From Amoeboradix gromovi X-113 (lineage: Eukaryota; Fungi; Sanchytriomycota), in NCBI GenBank assembly GCA_018985225.1, contig JADGIF010000247.1:1-12946 (forward strand): a stretch of DNA of 12,946 bases. The letters are read 5' to 3'. Both the position numbers and the translations under genes were made by a program. Numbering within the stretch: position 1 is the first letter of the stretch; every line of letters begins with the position of its first letter. Shown piece after piece: positions 1-7,540 of this stretch. A model generated the notes under the pieces. It was not told the origin of the DNA and ran no database searches. It saw only the letters and a program-made list of their open reading frames with translations.

Positions 1-48
1 CTTTTATTAATGATAGCATTTCCTCCTTATGGTGCACCTTTAAAAACG

Positions 49-130
49 AGTTAGTCTAGTTTTTATATTTGGTGTCCCCACCAACTGGGTGAATCTCCGG
101 GTCATAGTTTGGCAAATTTGCAAGTCTTAC
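49..130 (-). repeat. Dispersed repeat / possible Tc1-IS630 transposase remnant
   Basis: Reverse complement of 49-78 matches 12797-12826 at 28/30. The minus frame reads VRLANLPNYDPEIHPVGGDTKY, resembling LPxYSPELNPIE fused to the Tc1 C-terminal GGxTKY. Confidence 0.4.
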
Positions 131-203
131 TCAATTAGTGAATTTAGTTAAACCAATCACATTTGTTTTATTTTAATAAAAGGCAATTTCTAGGATTCTC
201 ACG

Positions 204-1403
204 ATGACATTGCCTCTTCCAATTGAAATATTTGAGAAAATATTTAGCTACCTTGATAATGTTGAAATGACTGCAGTGCGGTTGCTGAATAGGGCGTTAA
301 ATAGACAAGCCCTGAATAAGATGTTTTTTCAAGTCAATCTTTATGGTACGTATGATGAAATTACTTTTAAAATACAGAGGATATCAGAGATGGTAGATCG
401 TTATAAATGCCAGGGCATTAGACATTTGGCAATAGCAAGTTCTGAATTTCAATTCAATGGTCAAAAACAATTTTTGAATACTATATTTCATTCGCTTATG
501 GGTATGAAGCTGCACAAGCTCATGTTAATGCACCCCAATACTATAACCAAAGACCAACTTCAGCTTTTGCTCTTAACTCATCCTTTAAAGGAGCTAGAAT
601 GTCATTTTTTTGAACTGGATGAAGAAATTACATGGATTTTACTAAAATATGGAAGTTCATTAACTAACATCTCCCTTGAGTTACCTGACAAGGGTATGAA
701 TTTACTTCAAGTCATTCCTAAATTGTCAGTTACCCTGCAAAATCTTAGCCATCTTGATCTTCATAACGGCTACTTGACAGTTCACGAAATTAAAAATCTA
801 TTCAGCAGCTTTAAAATCAAAGCTTTGAATCTAAATCAAATGGTAATAAGTGGTAGCGACTCCAAGTTGACCTTTCACTGTTTAGATTTATTAAGAATTG
901 ATGACTGCGCCATTAATTCTTCCACCTTTTACGATTTATTCAATCCAGAAAAGCTTGTTATTCGTAAATCCAGCATTACCTGCTGCCAATTTGATAAAAT
1001 GTCGAATTTGCGAATCTTATCCCTTCATGAGCTAAATTTTTTATCTAGTCACTGTGTTGATCTTTCAAAATCAAATGTACATAAAATTCGAATCGGCCAC
1101 TCCACCCTAGTTCCTGGAGGCCTGTCACTACTACTGCATAATAAGAACTTGAAATATTTTGAGGCAGATTACATATTTTGTACTGATTTCATCAGTTCAC
1201 AATTGCTGTTAAATTTAAACCTGCTGTGTTATTTCAGACTAGGCGCTGTTGAGCCTAGCATGTTCAGTCTAAGTGATGTTTATCAATTTTATACATTGAA
1301 GTCAACAATTGTTATAAGCTCAAAAGCTTTTTTAGAAACTGCAGATTTGGTTCAGGAATGGTGTTCAAGCCAAGATATTCCACAGCATGTTCTAATCTCT
1401 TAA
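204..1403 (+). CDS. F-box / leucine-rich-repeat protein
   Basis: N-terminal F-box signature LPIEIFEKIFSYLD...VRLLNRALN, followed by degenerate LRR units (LTNISLEL, LQNLSHLDLHN, IKALNLN, LRILSLHE). Confidence 0.8.
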   Translation: MTLPLPIEIFEKIFSYLDNVEMTAVRLLNRALNRQALNKMFFQVNLYGTYDEITFKIQRISEMVDRYKCQGIRHLAIASSEFQFNGQKQFLNTIFHSLMGMKLHKLMLMHPNTITKDQLQLLLLTHPLKELECHFFELDEEITWILLKYGSSLTNISLELPDKGMNLLQVIPKLSVTLQNLSHLDLHNGYLTVHEIKNLFSSFKIKALNLNQMVISGSDSKLTFHCLDLLRIDDCAINSSTFYDLFNPEKLVIRKSSITCCQFDKMSNLRILSLHELNFLSSHCVDLSKSNVHKIRIGHSTLVPGGLSLLLHNKNLKYFEADYIFCTDFISSQLLLNLNLLCYFRLGAVEPSMFSLSDVYQFYTLKSTIVISSKAFLETADLVQEWCSSQDIPQHVLIS

Positions 1404-1435
1404 TAAATTAATTATGTTTACTTTTTTATATTAAG

Positions 1436-2671
1436 CTATATCCTTCTTCGTCTTTGTATTGGCTTTTTTGGTTGTCCGGTTGAGCTCCCGAATATATCAG
1501 ATTTCACGGGCTGCACTCCGAACAGATTAGGGGTACCAAAGAGTTGTTGTTGCGGCTTGTCAAATGACTCAACAGAATGCTGAGGCTGCATATCCATTTG
1601 CATTGAATTACTATCCATTTGCATTGAATTGACATCCATCTCCGCGTTAAAAACGAATTTTTGTGGGTCAGAAAACACATTGCCAGATGCATATTGCTGT
1701 TGTTGAGGCCCTTGTTGAAATTGCTGTGCTGGTGATGCAAAATTAAGTGCCGGTTCCTCTGGCACAACTGCAAAGTTGTTGAGTGCGAATTGTTTCGAAT
1801 CGGAAGAATCAGGAGCTGAAGTACCGCCAAACACAAACGGTTTTGATGCAGTAGGCTGAGAGGACTCCAAAGATTCACCACCAAAAACAAACAAACCGTT
1901 CTTTTCCGATTGTGATTTCATGTTTCCAAAGTTGAATTTCATATCGGATTCCCCAAATTTAAAATTATTTGTGAATTCCGAATTGTTAACTGGTTTAGTC
2001 GTATGTGCAGAAGGCTTAACTGATGTACTATTTGGAGAATCAAGCATGGCATCTGATTTTTGGGATATTGGGGGAGAACTGTGATCAGGAAGTTGTGCAT
2101 TATTATATGGTTCACTTTCTACAATAGAATTGGAAATAGCAGGCTCTTTTGATTCAGAAATACAGCATTCTTTACTAGCAGGAACTTCAGTTTCAGCGGA
2201 TTTCTTAGAAGGACTGCTTAAATCCGTTACCTTTAATGTCTCTATTTTTTTAATTGGCTGATCGTCTTCAAAGTCTTTGTTAATTTTGAGAATTGTGGCA
2301 TCCATCTCTACTTTTTTACTATCGCTTAGTCCGACAAGTTCATCAAGAAGAGGACTGCTGGCTAACTGACGTTGTCTTTTTCTAGAATTATGTACAGCAT
2401 TATCTTCACTTAAATCAACTATATTATATTGCTTTCTTTTATGTTTCCTTGGAATGAATATGTCACAGTCGTCTGGAATTTTATTGTTGCTGGAATACTT
2501 TCTATGATTTCTAATCTTAGTATCAGTGTCATCATTACTATCTAGTGTACTATTGAATGTAGGTTCGGTATAAAGAACTCTTTTTTTCTTTGACACGTTA
2601 ATTTCATCTCCCATAGGTCTCTTCCTCTTCATAGAAGGTTTAAATTTTGTCAACTTTTCTTCAAAGTTCAT
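1436..2671 (-). CDS. FxFG-repeat nucleoporin, Nup1/Nup153-like (nuclear basket); start may be Met14 at 2632
   Basis: Low-complexity S/N/Q/K-rich protein with FKFG, FNFG, FVFGG x2, FVFN, LFG x2 and IFG motifs in the C-terminal half, basic NLS-like clusters at the N-terminus, and a basic C-terminal tail (KKPIQRRRRI) as in Nup1/Nup153. Confidence 0.6.
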   Translation of the reverse strand: MNFEEKLTKFKPSMKRKRPMGDEINVSKKKRVLYTEPTFNSTLDSNDDTDTKIRNHRKYSSNNKIPDDCDIFIPRKHKRKQYNIVDLSEDNAVHNSRKRQRQLASSPLLDELVGLSDSKKVEMDATILKINKDFEDDQPIKKIETLKVTDLSSPSKKSAETEVPASKECCISESKEPAISNSIVESEPYNNAQLPDHSSPPISQKSDAMLDSPNSTSVKPSAHTTKPVNNSEFTNNFKFGESDMKFNFGNMKSQSEKNGLFVFGGESLESSQPTASKPFVFGGTSAPDSSDSKQFALNNFAVVPEEPALNFASPAQQFQQGPQQQQYASGNVFSDPQKFVFNAEMDVNSMQMDSNSMQMDMQPQHSVESFDKPQQQLFGTPNLFGVQPVKSDIFGSSTGQPKKPIQRRRRI

Positions 2672-2674
2672 AGT

Positions 2675-3763
2675 ATGACAACGGGGTTTAAACGAATTTT
2701 AAAAGCACCATTACAAATACCAGGACATGCACCGCTGACCAGAATGGCGAAGTATATGGAAGAGTTTATGAAAACAAATAAATTTCACAGAGGCGCTGTT
2801 CCGCCGCCGCTGATATCAATTAAAGAGAACTTTGATGACCTCAATTTTCCAAAAGATCATGTTGGTAGATCAAAGAGCGACACTTACTATATTGGTGACA
2901 AGGTACTCAGAACGCATGCTACATGTCATCAATTGGAAATGCTCAAGTTCAAACAAGCTTATTGGATATGTGATACATACAGAAGGGATGAAATAGACAA
3001 GACACATTATCCAATATTTCATCAGATGGATGCTGTTAAAGTATTTGATTTTCCGAGAACAGATGAAAATGTCAAGAAGGTTGTAAGGGATTTAAAAGAG
3101 TTTATTGAGTCGTTTCTGTATTACATGATTCGCAACACTTTTCCGGATGTTAAATTCAGATGGGTTGATGAATATTTTCCATTCACAAATCCTAGCTTTG
3201 AATTAGAAGCATTTTTGAATAATAACTGGGTGGAGCTACTTGGTTGTGGAGTAATTGAAGATAAAATTATCCAAAGGGTGCACCCTGGTAAGATTGGCTG
3301 GGCATTCGGGATGGGACTGGAACGCGTGTGTATGCTCTTATATAGTATTCCAGATATCAGATTGTTCTGGTTAGATGAGACTCGATTTACAAATCAATTT
3401 CCGCTTCCGACAGAATTCAAAGATTCTGTCCCTAAGCAAGTTCCATTTGTGCCCTTTAGTTTTAATCCGCCTTGTTATAAAGAAATTTCATTATTTATTC
3501 CGAATGCCAATGAATTGGATCCTATTGATAGTAAAACTTTTGATTTAAATAGAGTATACGAAATCATGAGGAGCCATGAGGAACTTATTGAAGATGTAAA
3601 TTTAAAGGAAAAGTTTTATCATCCAAAACATAAAAAGTGGAGTTTGCTTTTCAGAATTACTTATAGGGCGCTTAACAGAAATCTCTCTAATAATGAGATA
3701 AACGAAGTACAAGCAAAAATTAAAAAGTCTTTGGTTTCTGATATGGGGGTCGAAATCCGTTAA
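2675..3763 (+). CDS. MSF1: Mitochondrial-type (monomeric) phenylalanyl-tRNA synthetase
   Basis: Motifs ENFDDL.FP.DH..RS.SDTYY, LRTH, YRRDEID.THYPIFHQM, YFPFTNPSFELE, W.ELLGCG and GWAFGMGLER..M....IPDIRLFW, plus a C-terminal ferredoxin-fold anticodon-binding domain (YR...RNL...EIN); FARS2/MSF1 architecture. Confidence 0.95.
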   Translation: MTTGFKRILKAPLQIPGHAPLTRMAKYMEEFMKTNKFHRGAVPPPLISIKENFDDLNFPKDHVGRSKSDTYYIGDKVLRTHATCHQLEMLKFKQAYWICDTYRRDEIDKTHYPIFHQMDAVKVFDFPRTDENVKKVVRDLKEFIESFLYYMIRNTFPDVKFRWVDEYFPFTNPSFELEAFLNNNWVELLGCGVIEDKIIQRVHPGKIGWAFGMGLERVCMLLYSIPDIRLFWLDETRFTNQFPLPTEFKDSVPKQVPFVPFSFNPPCYKEISLFIPNANELDPIDSKTFDLNRVYEIMRSHEELIEDVNLKEKFYHPKHKKWSLLFRITYRALNRNLSNNEINEVQAKIKKSLVSDMGVEIR

Positions 3764-3916
3764 TAAATTAATTGATTCCAAAAGGGCATCTATTTTTGGT
3801 TGCAAAATTGGTGGTCTAAATACGGCGCATAGTTTCCGCAGACATTTAAAATTAAAAATAGATATAAATTTGCTTTCCTTTGTTCTACAGTGTTGATAAG
3901 GCCTAAATCCAAAGTA

Positions 3917-5164
3917 ATGGGATCCTTGGAACTAGTGCTGATATGTGTAGGGACTCCGATTCAGATTTTGGCTCTTACAATCTTTACAATTAATTCGCAG
4001 ACACAGCAATTAAAAAACAGAGTACCCGATTTATCAATAGCAGCTGGAATATTTAGCATAATTCAATTTGTGATAGCCTTGAATTTGGGAACTAATCAAT
4101 CTCTGTGTGATCTAGCTTATTGGACTGCACACTTGTACATCCCACTTTGCTCTTTGCCGTTAATTCTGAGAAGCTGGACAGTTTATTTTGCATGGCACTT
4201 TAATGAGGCAAAGATGTGCAGAGCAATGAAATTGGAAACAAAGGAAAAGTTAAACCATCTATTTTTCTTCAAACCAAGTTATGAATGGTTTTTACAGCAT
4301 CCCAGCATGTCTCATCGTAAATTTAGATATTTGATAATGGCGATTTTCTTTCTGTTCCATACTCTATTGGGTCTCGCTTTTAACTATAGTCGTAGTGATA
4401 ATTGTTATGTTTTTGATGACTTAATTCATCTAGAGACAATTTTTATGGTGTATTTTATCGTAAATTTTTTTATGATTAAGCTACTATTTACAGTCAGCAT
4501 GTCATTAGGAATATTCAAAGAACTACTATTTTCTACACTATGTTGGGCATTCTGCCATACATTTTATTTTGTCCTACGTTACATCGGATCTGATTGGGCA
4601 GATTTAGTCATCGCTCTCCTTGTATTTCTACTGAACTTTATTTCGTTTGGATTGCCATTGTATGAGCTAGCTACAACAAACTTGAACTTGCGTAGGCAGT
4701 CAATCACTCTTGAAATTGGTGACGAAGAAATAAAGAAACCACGGGCTAGACAAAATACAAAATATTTTAACAATAATATTCCATTAAAAGATTGCCTAAA
4801 AGATCCAAATGGCATGAAAGATTTTAAGGAGTTTTTAGCGAAGGAGTTTAGCGTGGAAAACATACTGTTCTGGGAAAAAGTAGAAGAATTTAAAAACATG
4901 TTTGCAGCTAGCACAATCCGAGAACGTGAGTTTCTCGCAGCTGTTATCTTAGACGAATATGTTGCGGAATATGCTCCATCCCCGATTAACGTTGATTACA
5001 AATCCATCAAATTATTAAGGGAGGACATACGAAATAAAAACCTTTTCGCTGAAATGTTTGACAAGCCTCAGCAGTCACTCTACCAATTAATGGCCACCGA
5101 CTCATATAGACGATTTTTACTAACGCCTGCTGGTAAGCGGTATCGATTTTTTACAGTTCAATAA
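3917..5164 (+). CDS. Seven-transmembrane RGS protein (7TM-RGS; AtRGS1/GprK-like architecture)
   Basis: Seven hydrophobic segments from MGSLELVLIC to FISFGLPLY, then an RGS domain (L.DP.G...F.EFL.KEFS.ENILFW..VEEFK; EYV...AP..INVD; MFD..Q..LY.LM..DSY.RFL). First ATG is at 3917; the ORF-track start at 3890 is a GTG. Confidence 0.9.
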   Translation: MGSLELVLICVGTPIQILALTIFTINSQTQQLKNRVPDLSIAAGIFSIIQFVIALNLGTNQSLCDLAYWTAHLYIPLCSLPLILRSWTVYFAWHFNEAKMCRAMKLETKEKLNHLFFFKPSYEWFLQHPSMSHRKFRYLIMAIFFLFHTLLGLAFNYSRSDNCYVFDDLIHLETIFMVYFIVNFFMIKLLFTVSMSLGIFKELLFSTLCWAFCHTFYFVLRYIGSDWADLVIALLVFLLNFISFGLPLYELATTNLNLRRQSITLEIGDEEIKKPRARQNTKYFNNNIPLKDCLKDPNGMKDFKEFLAKEFSVENILFWEKVEEFKNMFAASTIREREFLAAVILDEYVAEYAPSPINVDYKSIKLLREDIRNKNLFAEMFDKPQQSLYQLMATDSYRRFLLTPAGKRYRFFTVQ

Positions 5165-5325
5165 ATCATTTATCGCGAATTTGTATGCATTTTTGTATAA
5201 TTTCAAGACTTTTCTGGATTTTTCTAATAGCTCAAATGCTCGATATTCTTCCTTTTCGCAAATGGTAAATCAATTCTAAATAAATAATTAACAGGTACAG
5301 CATACATTCATCAACACTGAGGAAC

Positions 5326-5697
5326 TGGTCCAAACATGGAAATTCGATGCCATGTACAATATAAGGCACTCTAAAGAAAACGAATTTGGAGAGCTATTAA
5401 TGTACATAGTGTCGTTGGAAGTGGACATGGACCACATGGCACCAAGGAACAAAATCGATGCCATGTAAGAGGTATGGTACTTTAAAGAAAACTAATTTAG
5501 AAACCTGAACCTGTACAAAGTGTCATTTGGAGATAGATAGAGATCATATGGCAGCAAGGAACATATACATCAAGTATCTGCATCCTTATTCAATCCCGCC
5601 TCAGGGTAATGAAAGCGTGAGCGATCACTGTAACGGAGCATCTAGCATTAGTTTCTCTGTGGAAATTCTCGATTTTCTCGGAAATCAGGACTTTTAA
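5326..5697 (+). pseudogene. Fanzor/TnpB nuclease C-terminal fragment (zinc finger + RuvC-III), duplicated, with stops and a frameshift
   Basis: Two units: 5344-5454 SMPCTI*GTLKKTNLESY*CT*CR/LEVDMDHMAPRNK (1-nt deletion) and 5455-5565 SMPCKRYGTLKKTNLET*TCTKCHLEIDRDHMAARNI. The frame then stays open to TAA at 5695-5697. Confidence 0.8.
5344..5565 (+). repeat. Tandem duplication, 111-bp period
   Basis: TCGATGCCATGTA recurs at 5344 and 5455; hand alignment gives about 28 mismatches plus 1 gap over about 110 nt. Confidence 0.9.
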
Positions 5698-5702
5698 CGA
5701 GG
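5581..5702 (+). ncRNA. Putative omegaRNA (Fanzor guide-RNA scaffold), copy A
   Basis: Lies immediately 3' of RuvC-III and is conserved with 7424-7540. Hairpins at 5589-5613, 5617-5628 (GCGA tetraloop) and 5671-5686; loop CCUC is complementary to terminal GAGG (5699-5702). Confidence 0.55.
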
Positions 5703-5731
5703 AGTTCAATAAAAATAGCTGGAAAATCAAT

Positions 5732-6853
5732 TTATTCGCTCTCCTCTGATTCTTCACTGCTCGTGCTTCTCCCTTCTTGATCGTTTAGATACTCCATAAA
5801 CTTCAATGCATTCATTCTAACCTGCTTACTTTTTTCTAATGATCCTGCAAATTTTTTTGAGGGAGATTCATACCATTTTCTTATTATAGACTCTTGAAGT
5901 AACTCCATGTCGTAAAACTCTAACAAGAGCCCAGAAACACTCTTTAACAATCTGGGATTTGTATTGCTTGACAATATCTCTAATCCTACTATTAGATACT
6001 TCTGATATTTCTTGTTGAGCTTGTTCTTCCTAAGCAAGAGGCTCTTCCACACTTCTTCATGCTTCTCAATTAATTTCTTTTCAATAAATTCAACATCATT
6101 CAAAAGTGTTGTCACTGCCCCAATTATGGCATCTTTTCTTGATATCTCAAGTTGTTTTAACAGTTTCTTCGTGTCTTTTTTGCCTACTTGATCACAAAAT
6201 GCTTTTATAGGATCCTGAACTTGTAACCATGAAGACATGTTGGATTTCATATCAACTCTACGATCAGTCGTCCAATCTCCATCATCATCAGATTTATCAC
6301 TAATGTTAACCTCAAGATCTTTGATATCCATACTTCCCATGCCTTTAACCACTTCTTCTTGATCTGCATCCTCGTCTTCATCATAAATCTCTTTATTTTC
6401 TGATCCAGGCGGATGTCTGATAATATAAGTTGTGAGTTTGTGGGTCATATCAACAGCTTCTTTATGACCGCAGGCGACACATACTTGGTAAATTACCTGC
6501 CGCTTCTTAGATCCTTCGACAATTAAATCAGTTTCAGGATTATCACATTTTTGACAAAGTACAAACTTCTTGATAAAGTTACTTAAAATACTCTGTAGTC
6601 TAGCGGCATCATGTGCACCATTGACAATATCTCTGTCACCGACAATAGTTTGAGATCCCAACTCAAATCCAAAATATTTTGTGATATAATCACTGCGACG
6701 ATGCAAAGCACGAGCAACATCCTGAATGTTAGGAATGACTGTTTTGATTCCGTTCCCTTTACCCTCAACCTTGCATGCAATTTTGGGCATCTTATATCTA
6801 TAAAAAGCATCAGAAATATTTGGATTGACGTTGACTGATGTCGAATCGGACAT
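5732..6853 (-). CDS. TIF5: Eukaryotic translation initiation factor 5
   Basis: DAFYRYKMP...KVEGKGNGIKTVI.N, Y.TKYFGFELGSQT, VNGAHDA..LQ..L..FIKKFVLC..C.NPET, CxxCG zinc ribbon, and a C-terminal W2/AA-box (FYDMELLQES.I.KWY; KFMEYL..EE). Confidence 0.97.
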   Translation of the reverse strand: MSDSTSVNVNPNISDAFYRYKMPKIACKVEGKGNGIKTVIPNIQDVARALHRRSDYITKYFGFELGSQTIVGDRDIVNGAHDAARLQSILSNFIKKFVLCQKCDNPETDLIVEGSKKRQVIYQVCVACGHKEAVDMTHKLTTYIIRHPPGSENKEIYDEDEDADQEEVVKGMGSMDIKDLEVNISDKSDDDGDWTTDRRVDMKSNMSSWLQVQDPIKAFCDQVGKKDTKKLLKQLEISRKDAIIGAVTTLLNDVEFIEKKLIEKHEEVWKSLLLRKNKLNKKYQKYLIVGLEILSSNTNPRLLKSVSGLLLEFYDMELLQESIIRKWYESPSKKFAGSLEKSKQVRMNALKFMEYLNDQEGRSTSSEESEESE

Positions 6854-7011
6854 TGTTTGGATATTCTCCAGTATTTTAAATGCGAATGGGATGATAATAC
6901 TTCAGAAACTAAAGCGAATCAAAAAAGATATGCACTCAAAGCATTTAGCTTTAATAAAACTATTAAGTATTTACTTGGTAAATTAGAAAATTTTTTTGGA
7001 CATGAACTTAG

Positions 7012-7540
7012 TAAATTATTTGTCGTGATTGAAATAGCCTTCTTTTCTAAAGTTTTTAATTCAATAAAAGCTCGACGTTCGTATTTCTTATCAAAAATGT
7101 CTTAAATTAGCACAGCCAGTACTTGTTTAATTAAAAGAGTCGCTGTCAGATTCAGTATGAATACCTCTACAGAACCTATTATTGTTTCTCAGCGCCAGCA
7201 AAAAATTCTTACAAGGCTTGCAAGGCGCCTACTTATTTCATGATAGTCGACATCTTCCTCAAAGATATTATCATGTTTGCCAGAGTTTCATTCAACAATC
7301 ATAGAAGGCTCTTGAAAGGCCTCTCAGCGCTGTGATTAACCGACTTACCGCGCATTATAGCTATTAAAGGCGCCAAAAGTGGTTATGTATAAGTAGACAG
7401 AGATCGCATACTTGAATTGTATACATCCTTATTTATTCCCAGCTCAGGGTAGTGGAAGTGTGAGCAATTAATGAACGGAGCGACTAGCTTCATTAATTTC
7501 TTTGTGGATACTCTTGGTTTTCTCGCAAATCGACTTGAGC
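7012..7540 (+). mobile_element. Degenerate non-autonomous Fanzor/TnpB-family element, copy B (left boundary approximate)
   Basis: VDRD at 7393-7404 aligns with IDRD of copy A. 7424-7531 is about 82% identical to 5581-5686. The frameshifted QRQQKILTRL/..SRHLPQRYYHV/LPEF...TYRAL*LL at 7190-7366 resembles the Fanzor2 RuvC-II region. Confidence 0.7.
7424..7540 (+). ncRNA. Putative omegaRNA scaffold, copy B
   Basis: Hairpins at 7432-7456, 7460-7471 (GCAA tetraloop) and 7516-7531; loop GCUCA (7442-7446) is complementary to UGAGC (7536-7540). Confidence 0.5.

Larger units (their letters stand above)
5162..5702 (+). mobile_element. Degenerate non-autonomous Fanzor/TnpB-family element, copy A (left boundary approximate)
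   Basis: 5455-5586 translates SMPCKRYGTLKKTNLET*TCTKCHLEIDRDHMAARNIYIKYLHP, the TnpB/Fanzor zinc finger plus RuvC-III. The 3' ~110 nt is shared with 7424-7540, and there is weaker 5' similarity with 7012-7107. Confidence 0.8.

Noticed and set aside
3872-3890. Acceptor-like pyrimidine tract + CAG before the 7TM-RGS gene (possible 19-nt GC-AG intron)
   Set aside because: No GT donor at the expected distance and an in-frame stop just upstream; ATG 3917 already gives a complete TM1.
5344-5565. CRISPR-like array or chromodomain reading of the 111-bp repeat
   Set aside because: The whole unit is duplicated with no unique spacers, and synonymous changes support the zinc-finger/RuvC-III frame.
5615-5646. 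Helitron 3' end (hairpin + CTAG) or hammerhead ribozyme
   Set aside because: Homology between the copies continues about 45 nt beyond CTAG, CTAG is followed by C rather than T, and there is no CUGAUGA/GAAA core.
6857-7105. 82-aa plus-strand ORF
   Set aside because: TTG start 3 bp from the eIF5 start, no recognisable motif, and its 3' half overlaps the putative left end of element copy B.
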